Assembly: GCA_040289505.1 (NCBI GenBank)
Contig: PSLH01000003.1
Coordinates: forward strand, 1-51,873
Source of the DNA: Thermoleophilia bacterium
Lineage (GTDB): Bacteria > Actinomycetota > Thermoleophilia > Gaiellales > Gaiellaceae
Length of the DNA: 51,873 bases
Reading direction: 5' to 3'
Made by a program: the position numbers and the translations under genes. The notes beneath the pieces are model-generated. The model worked only from the letters and a program-made list of their open reading frames with translations. It made no database searches and was not told the DNA's origin. Positions within the stretch are counted from its first letter, which is position 1. Each line of letters starts with the position of its first letter. Positions 24,939-34,335 of the stretch are shown in pieces.

Positions 24939-25688
24939 CTAGAGGAGGAAGCGGCTGAGGCCGCCGTCCACGGGCAAGACCGCCCCCGTCACGTAGGCCG
25001 CCCGCTGGGAGGCGAGGAAGCAGACGACGTCGGCTACCTCGCGCGGCTGACCGAGGCGGCCCAGAGCGACCTGGGCGGCGCCCTCCTCCCGCGACCGCCC
25101 GCTGGCGGCGTAGAGCTGGGCCAGCCGCTCGGTGTCGATACGTCCTGGCGCGACCACGTTCACGGTCACGCCCTTGGGGCCTACCTCCCGGGCCAGGGTC
25201 TTGGCCCAGCCGACGACGCCGGGACGGACGGCGTTGGAGAGGGCGAGGCCGTCGATAGGCTCCCGCACCGAGCTCGACTCGATGAGGACGATCCGGCCTC
25301 GGCCCGACCGCTCAAGGTAGGGCATAGCCAGGCCGGCGAGGCGCACGAACGGCAGGAGGAGAAGGTCGACCGCCGCCTCCACGTCCGCAGCCCGCAGGTC
25401 GCGCGCTGGCCCGGGCGGGGGCCCGCCCCCGTTCAAGACGAGGATGTCGATGCGGCCGAACGCCTCCAGGGTGGTCGCCACCAGGCGCTCGAGGTCGACG
25501 GGCACGGTGAGGTCGCCGCGGACGGCGAGCGCCCCCAGCCGCTCGGCGTGGCGCGCCAAGAGGTCGCGCCGGCGGGCGAACATGGCCACGTTCGCTCCTT
25601 CCTCGGCCAGAGCCTCGGCGACCGCCAAGCCCATCCCCGACGAGGCGCCGCAGACGATGGCGGTCGCTCCCTGGAGCCCCAGGTCCAT
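24939..25688 (-). CDS. SDR-family oxidoreductase
   Basis: Contains ATAIVCGASSGMGLAVAEAL (TGxxxGxG-type), LVLNGGG and the C-terminal GRLGQPREVADVVCFLASQRAAYVTGAVLPVDGG. Confidence 0.8.
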   Translation of the reverse strand: MDLGLQGATAIVCGASSGMGLAVAEALAEEGANVAMFARRRDLLARHAERLGALAVRGDLTVPVDLERLVATTLEAFGRIDILVLNGGGPPPGPARDLRAADVEAAVDLLLLPFVRLAGLAMPYLERSGRGRIVLIESSSVREPIDGLALSNAVRPGVVGWAKTLAREVGPKGVTVNVVAPGRIDTERLAQLYAASGRSREEGAAQVALGRLGQPREVADVVCFLASQRAAYVTGAVLPVDGGLSRFLL

Positions 25689-25691
25689 GGG

Positions 25692-26627
25692 CTAGCGATG
25701 GCGCAGCACGCCCACGACCTCGCGTACCGCTGCTGCCGAGGCCTTGAGCGCCTTTCGCTCCTCCGAGGTCAGCTTGAGCTTGACGATCTCCTCCACGCCC
25801 CCTGCTCCCAGCTTCACGGGGACGCCGATGTAGAGGCCGTCGATCCCGTACTCGCCCTCGAGGTAGGCAGTGCAGGGCAGCACCCGCTTCTCGTCCAGGA
25901 GGATGGCATCCACCATCTGAGCGGCGGCCGCTCCCGGGGCGTACCAGGCCGAGGTACCGACCAGGTTGACGATCTCGCCCCCGCCGACCCGGGTGCGCTC
26001 GACCAGCTTGCGGATGCGGGCTTGGCTCAGCAGCTGCTCCAGAGGAATACCGCCCACGCTGGTCGCCGACACCACCGGCACCATCTGGTCGCCGTGCCCG
26101 CCCAGCACCATGGTTTGGACGTCCTTGACCGAGGATCCTGTCGCCCAGGCGATGAAGGTGCGAAAACGGGCGGTGTCGAGGATGCCGGCCATGCCCACCA
26201 CCCGCTCGCGGGGGAGCTTGGACACCGCCTTGGCCACGTGGCACATGGCGTCTAGGGGGTTGGATACCACGATGAGGATGGCCTCGGGCGAGCGGACGAT
26301 GGCCTCTCTCGTAACCGAAGCCACGATATCCTCGTTGGTGGTGACGAGGTCGTCCCGGCTCATGCCTGGCGAGCGGGGCTTGCCAGCGGTGATGACGACG
26401 ACGTCCGAGCCAGCTGTCTCCTCGTAGCCGTTCGTGCCCACGATGTTGGGCTCGAAGCCAAGCACGGCCCCCGCCTGGTTCATGTCCAGGGCCTTGCCCT
26501 GGGGCAGGTTCGTGATGATGTCGACCAAGACGACGTCGGCGTAGTCGCGGCGGGCGATCTCCTGGGCGCAGGTCGCGCCCACGTTGCCCGCGCCAATGAC
26601 GGTGACCTTCCTTCTCCTCGTCGTCAT
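25692..26627 (-). CDS. mdh: malate dehydrogenase (LDH-like MDH family)
   Basis: Contains [37 protein letters not shown] and MVLGGHGD. Its ATG overlaps the icd TGA (ATGA). Confidence 0.9.
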   Translation of the reverse strand: MTTRRRKVTVIGAGNVGATCAQEIARRDYADVVLVDIITNLPQGKALDMNQAGAVLGFEPNIVGTNGYEETAGSDVVVITAGKPRSPGMSRDDLVTTNEDIVASVTREAIVRSPEAILIVVSNPLDAMCHVAKAVSKLPRERVVGMAGILDTARFRTFIAWATGSSVKDVQTMVLGGHGDQMVPVVSATSVGGIPLEQLLSQARIRKLVERTRVGGGEIVNLVGTSAWYAPGAAAAQMVDAILLDEKRVLPCTAYLEGEYGIDGLYIGVPVKLGAGGVEEIVKLKLTSEERKALKASAAAVREVVGVLRHR

Positions 26628-27718
26628 CGCACCAGTGCTCCCAGCTTCTCGATGATCGCGTCTGCCACCTGGCTCGTCCCCACGGCGGTGGGATCGTCTC
26701 TGGTCGGCTTCATGTCGTAGGTGACGCTCTTTCCCTCGGCGATGACGGCCGCTACTGCCTCCTCCAAGCGAGCGGCTGCCTCCCGCTCGCCCAGGTACTC
26801 GAGCATGAGCTTGCCGGAGAGGATCATGGCGATCGGGTTGACCTTGTTTTGCCCCTTGTACTTGGGGGCCGAGCCGTGGGTAGCCTCGAACACGGCAACG
26901 TGCTCGCCGATGTTGGCCCCGGGCGCCATGCCCAGTCCTCCCACCAGCCCAGCGGCGAGGTCGCTGACGATGTCCCCGTACAAGTTGGGGCAGACAAGGA
27001 CGTCGAACTCCTCCGGCCGCTGCACGAGGCCCATGCAGAGCGCGTCCACGAGGTTCTCCTTGGCCTGGATGTCGGGGTAGTCGGGCGCCACTCGACGGAA
27101 GACGGCCAAAAAGAGGCCGTCCGTGTGCTTCATGATGTTGGCCTTGGTGACGCAGTGGACGGCCTGGCGACCGTGGTCGCGGGCATACTCGAAGGCGAAG
27201 CGGATAATGCGCTCGGAGGCCTCGGGGCTGATGGGCTTGATGGAGATACCGGAGGTCTCGGGCACCCGCTTGGGCTGCAGTCGGTTGAGGGTCTCAATTA
27301 GGGCGCGGGCGCTGTCGCTGCCCGACTCGAATTCGATGCCGGCGTAGAGGTCCTCGGTGTTCTCCCGGACGATGACCACGTCCACGTTCTCGTAGCGGGA
27401 GCGCACCCCTGGGTAGGTCTTGCACGGTCTCAGGCAGGCATACAGCCCCAGCTCGTGGCGGAGGGCGACGTTGACGGAGCGAAAGCCGGTGCCGATCGGG
27501 GTCGTGATCGGGCCCTTGAGGGCGACTCCCGTCTCCCTGATGGAGGCCAGCGTCTCCTCGGGCAAGGGGTTGCCGCCGTACTCCTCCATGACCTCGGCCC
27601 CTGCCTGGCGGACCTCCCACTCGATCTCCACGCCGGTGGCCTCGATAACGCGTCGTGCTGCCTCCGTGAGCTCGGGACCCGTGCCGTCACCGGGAATCAG
27701 CGTCACGCGGTGGGCCAT
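26624..27718 (-). CDS. icd: isocitrate dehydrogenase (beta-decarboxylating dehydrogenase family, short NAD(P)-type)
   Basis: Contains [87 protein letters not shown] and HGSAP. The neighbourhood (mdh, citrate synthase) favours IDH over IPMDH. Confidence 0.8.
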   Translation of the reverse strand: MAHRVTLIPGDGTGPELTEAARRVIEATGVEIEWEVRQAGAEVMEEYGGNPLPEETLASIRETGVALKGPITTPIGTGFRSVNVALRHELGLYACLRPCKTYPGVRSRYENVDVVIVRENTEDLYAGIEFESGSDSARALIETLNRLQPKRVPETSGISIKPISPEASERIIRFAFEYARDHGRQAVHCVTKANIMKHTDGLFLAVFRRVAPDYPDIQAKENLVDALCMGLVQRPEEFDVLVCPNLYGDIVSDLAAGLVGGLGMAPGANIGEHVAVFEATHGSAPKYKGQNKVNPIAMILSGKLMLEYLGEREAAARLEEAVAAVIAEGKSVTYDMKPTRDDPTAVGTSQVADAIIEKLGALVR

Positions 27719-27804
27719 GCCAAGAGCTGACTCTACCGCCTCCCTCGCTCCTCAAGGCGGGCATCCGTCCCCCGGAGAACGCGAAGGCGGTAGATTCCGC
27801 TTTC

Positions 27805-28890
27805 GTGAGCGAGTTTCGACCGGGGCTGGAGGGCGTGATCGCCTTCGAGACCGAGATCGCCGAGCCCGATCGGGACGGGGGCGCCCTCCGCTACCGGGGG
27901 GTCGACATCGAGGAGCTGGTGGGCAAGGTGCGCTTCGAGAACGTGTGGGGCTTGCTCGTCGACGAGAGCCCCTACCCTGGGCTTCCTCCCGCCGAGCCCT
28001 ACCACGCCCAGGGCCTCACGGGCCAGGCGCCGGCCGACCTGCAGGCGGTGACGGCTCACCTAGGGGCCGAGTGGAGGCTGGGGCAGCTCATCGATATCTC
28101 CGACGAGCAGGCTCACGACGACCTCCGGCGACTGTCCGCCACCATGATCTCCGTCGTCGCTCAGTCGGCCCGCCTGGCCGACGGCAAGCGAGAGCCGGTG
28201 CCGCGCCGAGTGGTGGAGCAGGGGTCGGGCACGGCCGAGCGCTTCCTCCTGGAGTGGCGGGGCGAGGCCGACCCCAAGCACGTGACCGCCATCGATACCT
28301 ACTGGATCTGCACCGCCGAGCACGGGATAAACGCCTCCACATTCACCGCTCGGGTGGTCGCCTCCACCGGAGCCGACTGCGCTGCTTGTCTCTCGGCTGC
28401 GGTGGGCGCCCTGTCGGGGCCGCTCCACGGTGGCGCTCCTGCCCGCGTCCTCCCCATGCTCGACGCTGCAGCCTCTGCCGACGACATCGAGGCCTACGTC
28501 AGGCGCGTCCTCGACAGCGGCCAGAGGCTGATGGGCTTCGGCCACCGCGTCTACCGGGCGGAGGACCCGCGAGCGCGCCTGCTTCGGCGCACGGCCAAGG
28601 AGCTCGGCTCGCCTCGGTTCGAGGTGGCGGAGGCGCTGGAGCGGGCGGCCCTGGCCGAGCTCGCAGCCCGCCACCCCGAGCGAGTGCTCGCCACCAACGT
28701 GGAGTTCTGGTCGGCGGTGGTGCTCGACCTGGCCGAGATCCCGCCCCCGCTGGCGCCCGCCATGTTCGCCTGCTCCCGCACTGCCGGCTGGTCGGCGCAC
28801 ATCTTGGAGCAGAAGCGGACGGGGCGGCTCATCCGGCCCTCCGCCCGCTACGTGGGTCCCGCCAGCCGCCCCCTGGCCTCGGTGTCGTGA
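27805..28890 (+). CDS. gltA: citrate synthase (short, about 360-aa type)
   Basis: Contains PGLEGVIAFETEIA, LRYRGVDIEEL, SGPLHGGA and MGFGHRVYRAEDPRA. It is divergent from icd-mdh. GTG start. Confidence 0.9.
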   Translation: MSEFRPGLEGVIAFETEIAEPDRDGGALRYRGVDIEELVGKVRFENVWGLLVDESPYPGLPPAEPYHAQGLTGQAPADLQAVTAHLGAEWRLGQLIDISDEQAHDDLRRLSATMISVVAQSARLADGKREPVPRRVVEQGSGTAERFLLEWRGEADPKHVTAIDTYWICTAEHGINASTFTARVVASTGADCAACLSAAVGALSGPLHGGAPARVLPMLDAAASADDIEAYVRRVLDSGQRLMGFGHRVYRAEDPRARLLRRTAKELGSPRFEVAEALERAALAELAARHPERVLATNVEFWSAVVLDLAEIPPPLAPAMFACSRTAGWSAHILEQKRTGRLIRPSARYVGPASRPLASVS

Positions 28891-29384
28891 CCCTGGCCCA
28901 GGCTGCGGCGGAAGCCGAGAGGCTGGCCGAGCAGGGGAGAGAGAGCGAGCTTGCCCGCCTCCGGGCGGCCTGGGGAGACGAGATCGAGGAGGCGGCGCGG
29001 AGCGCTGACTACCGGGAGCGGGCCGTCGCCTACCGGGCGATCGGTCAATTTCGCTTCCGCCAGAAGATCGAGCTCCTCCGCCGGGGCTTGGAGGACGAGA
29101 GCCCTGCCTGTCGCGGCTCGGCTCTCATCTCCTTGGAGCGGCTGTCTCGAGAGGGGCCAGCGCCGGTGAACGCCGTGCGCCCTCTCTTGCACCGGCTCGT
29201 GTCGGGCGACGACAACGAGGCCGTCCGCCGGCTCGCGGCCGTCTGCCTGCGGAACGGCTCGCCCCAGCGCGACACCATCATCCTGCTTCAGGGGCTCGCC
29301 GAGGACGAGCGGTGCGCCCGCGAGCTGCGCGAGGTGGCGGCCAAGGTGGCGACCGCGCTGAGGAAGAAGGCCAGCTCACGCTGA
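28887..29384 (+). CDS. HEAT-repeat protein
   Basis: GTG 28887 overlaps the citrate synthase TGA. It has repeated helical units: ..YRERAVAYRAIGQFR.., LEDESPACRGSALISL.. and GDDNEAVRRLAAVCL... The upstream part of ORF-track entry 27420..29384 is a shadow frame. Confidence 0.6.
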   Translation: MTLAQAAAEAERLAEQGRESELARLRAAWGDEIEEAARSADYRERAVAYRAIGQFRFRQKIELLRRGLEDESPACRGSALISLERLSREGPAPVNAVRPLLHRLVSGDDNEAVRRLAAVCLRNGSPQRDTIILLQGLAEDERCARELREVAAKVATALRKKASSR

Positions 29385-29500
29385 CATGCCAATTTCGTAG
29401 CGGGCTTGGAGAAGACGAGGCGCGGCCGCGGGCGAGATGGTGGACTTTGCGGCAAAGCCTGTCTCTGGGACGTGCCCCGGCGGGACGGCGGCGGCTCCTG

Positions 29501-30400
29501 TCAGCGCGGGCGGCGGCGCGCGTGGGGGTGGGCCTGGAAGTAGGTCTCCCGGCGGCGCCGGTCGGAGACGTGCGTATAGATCTCGGTGGTGGCCAGGTCG
29601 GCGTGGCCCAGCATCTCCTGGACGCTGCGGAGGTCGGCTCCACCCTCCAGAAGGTGGGTGGCGAACGAGTGGCGGAGGAGGTGGGGGTGGACGCGCTCTG
29701 GCTCCAGGCCTGCCCTCGCGGCCAGCCGCCGCAGGAGGAAGAAGACGCCCCCTCGGGTGAGCGGGCCGCCCTTGGCGTTGAGGAAGAGCTCGGGCCGGCG
29801 GCGACGGTCCAAATAGGGGCGGCCGCGGGCGAGGTAGCGGCGGACGGCCTCGGCCGCCTTGCGCCCGATCGGCACCATCCGCTCTCTGTCTCCCTTCCCC
29901 AGGCAGCGAACGAGCCGCTCCTCCAGGTCGATCGAGCCCCGCTCCAAGCCCACAGCCTCGCTCACCCGCAGCCCGGCTCCGTACAGGAGCTCGACCAAGG
30001 CCGCGTCCCGCAGCGCGAGCGGCGTCGTCCCCGAGGCGGCGGCGATCAGGCGCTCGATCTCCCCCCGAGTCAGCGGTCGGGGTAAGCGGCGCAGCCGGCG
30101 GGGAGGATCGACGGCCGAGGCCGGGTTGTCCCTCCGCTCTCCCAGGAGCGCCTGGTGGCGAAAGAAGGAGCGAAGCGCGGCCAGGCGGCGAGCGATGGTG
30201 GCGCTGGAGAGGCCCGCGGCCCGAAGCTCGGCCAGGTAGCGCTCGATCTCCGCGGCGTCCGCCTGGCGGAGCGGGCCTCCCAGGAAGCGACGCGCGTCCT
30301 CGAGGTCGCGCCGGTAGCTCTCCACCGTCCGCGGCGAGAGTCGGGCTGAGGCCAAAGCGAGGAAGGCCTCGAGATCGGAGTCGGGAGGAAGGGTGCCCAC
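29501..30400 (-). CDS. tyrosine recombinase, XerC/XerD family
   Basis: The core-binding domain has SPRTVESYRRDL. The catalytic domain has GLRVSE and HLLRHSFATHLLEGGADLRSVQEMLGHADLATTEIYTHV (R..H-x2-R..H..Y). Confidence 0.85.
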   Translation of the reverse strand: MGTLPPDSDLEAFLALASARLSPRTVESYRRDLEDARRFLGGPLRQADAAEIERYLAELRAAGLSSATIARRLAALRSFFRHQALLGERRDNPASAVDPPRRLRRLPRPLTRGEIERLIAAASGTTPLALRDAALVELLYGAGLRVSEAVGLERGSIDLEERLVRCLGKGDRERMVPIGRKAAEAVRRYLARGRPYLDRRRRPELFLNAKGGPLTRGGVFFLLRRLAARAGLEPERVHPHLLRHSFATHLLEGGADLRSVQEMLGHADLATTEIYTHVSDRRRRETYFQAHPHARRRPR

Positions 30401-30406
30401 TTCCCG

Positions 30407-31117
30407 CTAGGACTGGCGGGCCAGCCTCGGGGCGCGAGCGCGAGGGAGGAGGCGGGCGAGGCGGAGGAGGGCAAGGAGGGCCAGGGCCTGAAGCAGGGCG
30501 AGGGCGCCCAGGGCGATGGCCGTATCGACCCAGAAGCGATCGGGGTAAAGCCGGCGGAGGGTGTCCGTGTCGGCGAAGCGCCAGCTATCCCCTTCGAAGA
30601 AGAGGCTGTGAAACGGGGTCGAGAACGAGCTCCAGCTCAAGACTGACACCCCTCCCACGAGGAGAGCGAGACCAATGGTCAGCCACGCCCCCAGCCGGAG
30701 GCCCAAGGGAATCGCCCGGCGCAGGCGGCGGGCGGGAAACGTGACGGCCGCCGCCGTGAGCAGAGCAAGGAGAGCCAGGACCTGGAAGCGGTAGGCTCGC
30801 TCGAGCAGGGAGCGGACGTCGGCCATGTGGGCGATCTCGCGCCCGCCAAAGGCGGGCGATCCGTCGGCCAGCCGAGCCCGGCGCAACCGCGCCAGGCCCG
30901 GGTCGTCGCCTGGCAGGATCGCCCGCAGGCCGACGAGGGCCAGCCGGGCTCGCTCCTCCGAGGAGAGGCCGTAGCGATCGGCGGGAATCCCTCCGTGGTC
31001 GTAGAGGAAGCGCACGTACCAGTCGCCGGCGACGAGGCGTACGCTGGTCACGACGAGGAGCGCAGGCACGAGCAGGGCGACCGCGAGGGAGAGGGCGGCG
31101 GAGAAAACCCGAGTCAC
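30407..31117 (-). CDS. integral membrane protein, DUF1461/TIGR01906-like
   Basis: It has an N-terminal TM helix and then a loop region (YLYDHGGIPADRYGLSSEERARLA ... HMADVRSLL). Three C-terminal TM helices follow. Family assignment is from memory of the pattern. Confidence 0.65.
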   Translation of the reverse strand: MTRVFSAALSLAVALLVPALLVVTSVRLVAGDWYVRFLYDHGGIPADRYGLSSEERARLALVGLRAILPGDDPGLARLRRARLADGSPAFGGREIAHMADVRSLLERAYRFQVLALLALLTAAAVTFPARRLRRAIPLGLRLGAWLTIGLALLVGGVSVLSWSSFSTPFHSLFFEGDSWRFADTDTLRRLYPDRFWVDTAIALGALALLQALALLALLRLARLLPRARAPRLARQS

Positions 31118-31122
31118 GGCTC

Positions 31123-31959
31123 CTAGGAGCGGGGGTGGGATCGATCGTACACCCTGCGTAGGCGGCGCCCGTCCACGTGGCTGTACACCTGGGTGGTGCT
31201 GAGGGAGCTATGCCCCAAGAGCTCCTGAATCACGCGTAGGTCGGCCCCGCCCTCGAGCAGGTGGGTAGCGAAGGCGTGCCGGAGCCGGTGGGGATGGGGC
31301 AGGAGGCGGCGCAGGGTGCTCGTGTCCAGGCGGCGCCCTCGCGCCGACAGAAAGAGGGCCTGCTCGGGATCTCGGGCGAGGCGGGGCCGAGACTCCCGCA
31401 GGTAGCGGCCCAGCCAGAACGCTGCCTCCTCGCCCAAGGGGACGAGGCGCTCCCTACCGCCCTTTCCCCGCACCCGCACCGTCTCGGCCTCGAAGTCGAC
31501 ATCGCCGAGGTCGAGGTCGACCGCCTCCCGGCTGCGAAGGCCGGCCGAGTACACGAGCTCGGCCAGGGCGCGGTTGCGGAGCTCGAGGGGGCTGTCCCCG
31601 GCCAGGGCGTCGAGCTCACGATCGAGCTCGGCCGGCTTGGGCACGAAGGGCAGCCGGCGCCGGCGCCGGGGCGCCAGGGGGATGTCGGGGACGCGCTCGT
31701 TCCCCAAGGAGAAGCGGAGGAGCGCTCGCACCGCCGAAAGCTTCCGGGCGATGGTGGCAGGCGCGAGGCGCCGGGGCCGGGCCCGGGCGAGGTGGCTGGC
31801 GTAGGCAGAGAGGACGCCGGAGTCCACCTCGTCCAGGCCGAGACCTCGCTCGGCCAGCCAGGAGGCGAAAGGCTCCAGGTCGAAGCGGTAGGCGCGGCGG
31901 GTAGCCGCGGCCAGGGCGGGCGAGGCGAGGAAGCGCTCGATCTGGGCCCGGGTATCCAT
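31123..31959 (-). CDS. tyrosine recombinase, XerC/XerD family (second copy)
   Basis: Contains TRRAYRFDLEPFASWL, GLRSREAV, GKGGRERLVPL and HRLRHAFATHLLEGGADLRVIQELLGHSSLSTTQVYSHV. Confidence 0.85.
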   Translation of the reverse strand: MDTRAQIERFLASPALAAATRRAYRFDLEPFASWLAERGLGLDEVDSGVLSAYASHLARARPRRLAPATIARKLSAVRALLRFSLGNERVPDIPLAPRRRRRLPFVPKPAELDRELDALAGDSPLELRNRALAELVYSAGLRSREAVDLDLGDVDFEAETVRVRGKGGRERLVPLGEEAAFWLGRYLRESRPRLARDPEQALFLSARGRRLDTSTLRRLLPHPHRLRHAFATHLLEGGADLRVIQELLGHSSLSTTQVYSHVDGRRLRRVYDRSHPRS

Positions 31960-31995
31960 GGGGACTCTTTCGCGCTCGCTCCCGCTCGACCCTTC

Positions 31996-32634
31996 CTACA
32001 GGGGCTTCTCTCCCTCCCCGCAGCGCTCCTCGCCGGGAAGGAGGGAGTAGAGCACGAAGTCCACCCGTCGACCCCGGCGGGGGCTGTAGCGGCTGGAGCG
32101 GAGCACGCCCTCCCGGGTGAAGCCTGCCCGCTCGGCGACCCGCTGCGAGGCCACGTTGTGGAGGTCAGCCCGCAGCTGCAGCCGCTTGATCCCGCACTCG
32201 CGCAGGGCCCAGCACGAGGCGAGCCGCACCGCTCGGGTGGCAACTCCCCGCCCGCGCTGCGCCCGCTTCACCCAGTAGCCGATCTCAGCCACTTCGTGCT
32301 CGGCGTCGACCACGCTGATGCCTACCGACCCCCACACCTCCCCGCTTCCAGCGTCGGTCACGGCGAAAGCGGCCAGCGCGTGCTCCTTCCAGCCCCGTTT
32401 CGTCATGGCCACGTAGGCGCGGGCGTCGGCCAGGGTGTAGGGCTGGGGGACGCTGTCTAGCCAGCGAGCGATCTCCGGGTCGCGGCAGGCCTCGGCGATG
32501 GCAAAGATGTCGGCCTCGGTCCAGGGACGGAGGCGGACGACACCGTCAGACAGAGGCCGCGCCGGGGGATCGAGCCGCACGGCGCGAGCGTACCGCGCCG
32601 ATCGAGCCCCCGTCCGCCAGCGAACGCGTAGCAT
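31996..32634 (-). CDS. GNAT-family N-acetyltransferase (RimJ/RimL-like)
   Basis: Contains [35 protein letters not shown] and [20 protein letters not shown]. The ORF is open to 32787 but would then overlap pckA. ATG 32634 or GTG 32580 are more likely starts. Confidence 0.8.
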   Translation of the reverse strand: MLRVRWRTGARSARYARAVRLDPPARPLSDGVVRLRPWTEADIFAIAEACRDPEIARWLDSVPQPYTLADARAYVAMTKRGWKEHALAAFAVTDAGSGEVWGSVGISVVDAEHEVAEIGYWVKRAQRGRGVATRAVRLASCWALRECGIKRLQLRADLHNVASQRVAERAGFTREGVLRSSRYSPRRGRRVDFVLYSLLPGEERCGEGEKPL

Positions 32635-32674
32635 ACGGCCCCGTCCAGCGCCTCCGGCGCGTCTCGAGCGAGCG

Positions 32675-34282
32675 ATGGCCACGCCTACCACCGACACCGA
32701 CCTCCCAAGGCCGGTCAGCCTGAAAATCCACGGCATCCGGCCGCGGCGGCGGGTGCACTGGAATCCCACTGTGTCCATGCTGTACACGCACGCCCTCCTA
32801 CGCGGTCAGGGCCGGCTGGCTGAGGGAGGTCCGCTCGTGGTCGACACTGGCCGCTTCACTGGTCGCTCTCCCAAGGACAAGTTCATAGTGCGCGAGCCTT
32901 CCTCCCAGGATCGCGTCTGGTGGGGAGAGGTCAACCAGCCGCTGACGGAGGAATGCTTCCTGCGGCTGCGCGACAAGGTGGTGTCGTCTTTGGAGGAGCA
33001 GGAGCTGTACGTCGTCGATGCCTTCTGCGGTGCTGACCTCGACCACCGCCTGTCCCTGCGCGTGGTCACCGCCAGCCCCTGGCATGCTCTCTTCGCCAAG
33101 ACCCTCTTCATCGACCCGAGCGAGGGGGAGCTGTGCGGGCACGAGCCAGAGGCGCTCGTCCTCCACGCTCCGGAGGTCGAGGCAGACCCCGCGCAGGATG
33201 GCACCCGTAGCGGCGTCTTCGTCTGCCTCCACCTCGCCCGAGCGGAGATCCTCATCGGGGGTACCTCCTACGCAGGCGAGATCAAGAAGTCGATCTTCAC
33301 GCTCATGAACGACCGGCTGCCGCTGCGGGGGGTCCTGCCCATGCACTGCTCGGCCAACGTGGACGAGCAAGGACGGGTGGCGATCTTCTTCGGCCTCTCC
33401 GGGACGGGCAAGACCACCCTGTCGGCCGATCCCGACCGCCACCTGATCGGCGACGACGAGCACGGCTGGTCGGACGCGGGCATCTTCAACCTGGAGGGAG
33501 GCTGCTACGCCAAGGTCCTCCGCCTCTCCGCCGAGGCCGAGCCCCAGATCTACCGGGCCGTGCACTCCTTCGGCACCGTGCTGGAGAACGTGGCCTGCGA
33601 CGGCCGGGGGATCCTGGACCTGGACGATGACACGAAGACCGAGAACACCCGGGCGGCCTACAAGCTGGAGCGGATCGACAACGCCCTCCCCGCGAAGCAG
33701 GCAGGGCATCCCAGCGCGGTCGTCATGCTCGCCGCCGACGCCTTCGGGGTGCTCCCGCCCATCGCCCTCCTCAATCGCGAGCAGGCTATGTACTACTTCC
33801 TGGCTGGCTACACGGCCAAGGTGGCGGGCACCGAGCTGGGGGTGACAGAGCCACAGGCCACGTTCTCGGCCTGCTTCGGGGCGCCCTTTTTGCCCCAGTC
33901 GCCAGCGGTGTACGCTCGCATGCTGGGCGAGCGGCTCGACCGCCACGGGGCCACCGTCTGGCTCGTCAACACCGGCTGGACAGGCGGGCCCTACGGGGAG
34001 GGACACCGTATGCCTATCGCGGCCACGCGGGCGCTCCTCCACGCCGCGCTCTCCGGCCGGCTGGAGCACGTCCGGTTTCGCACCGATCCTGTCTTCGGCT
34101 TCGAGGTGCCGGTGGAGGTCCCCGGCGTGGACTCGGCCCTCCTCGATCCCCGCTCGACCTGGCGGCGCCCCCGAGCCTACGTTGAGCAGGCGCGAGCGCT
34201 GGCTCGGATGTTTCAGGAGAGCTTTGCCCAATGGGCCGACGCTGCCGGCCCCGAGGTCGCCTCCGCCGGGCCTCGCCTGTAG
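32675..34282 (+). CDS. pckA: phosphoenolpyruvate carboxykinase (ATP)
   Basis: Contains [15 protein letters not shown], the kinase-1a loop [21 protein letters not shown] and [13 protein letters not shown] 32675. Confidence 0.9.
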   Translation: MATPTTDTDLPRPVSLKIHGIRPRRRVHWNPTVSMLYTHALLRGQGRLAEGGPLVVDTGRFTGRSPKDKFIVREPSSQDRVWWGEVNQPLTEECFLRLRDKVVSSLEEQELYVVDAFCGADLDHRLSLRVVTASPWHALFAKTLFIDPSEGELCGHEPEALVLHAPEVEADPAQDGTRSGVFVCLHLARAEILIGGTSYAGEIKKSIFTLMNDRLPLRGVLPMHCSANVDEQGRVAIFFGLSGTGKTTLSADPDRHLIGDDEHGWSDAGIFNLEGGCYAKVLRLSAEAEPQIYRAVHSFGTVLENVACDGRGILDLDDDTKTENTRAAYKLERIDNALPAKQAGHPSAVVMLAADAFGVLPPIALLNREQAMYYFLAGYTAKVAGTELGVTEPQATFSACFGAPFLPQSPAVYARMLGERLDRHGATVWLVNTGWTGGPYGEGHRMPIAATRALLHAALSGRLEHVRFRTDPVFGFEVPVEVPGVDSALLDPRSTWRRPRAYVEQARALARMFQESFAQWADAAGPEVASAGPRL

Positions 34283-34335
34283 CAGGCTCGGTTGATCAGG
34301 CAGAGGCTGTGTCTCGTGGTGTAGCGTGCGGGGAC

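Noticed and set aside
29501-31959. The two tyrosine recombinases as the integrase module of an integrated mobile element
   Set aside because: There are no flanking direct repeats, no adjacent tRNA and no excisionase, replication or cargo genes. The flanking genes are core metabolism with the same composition. Both proteins look like XerC/XerD.
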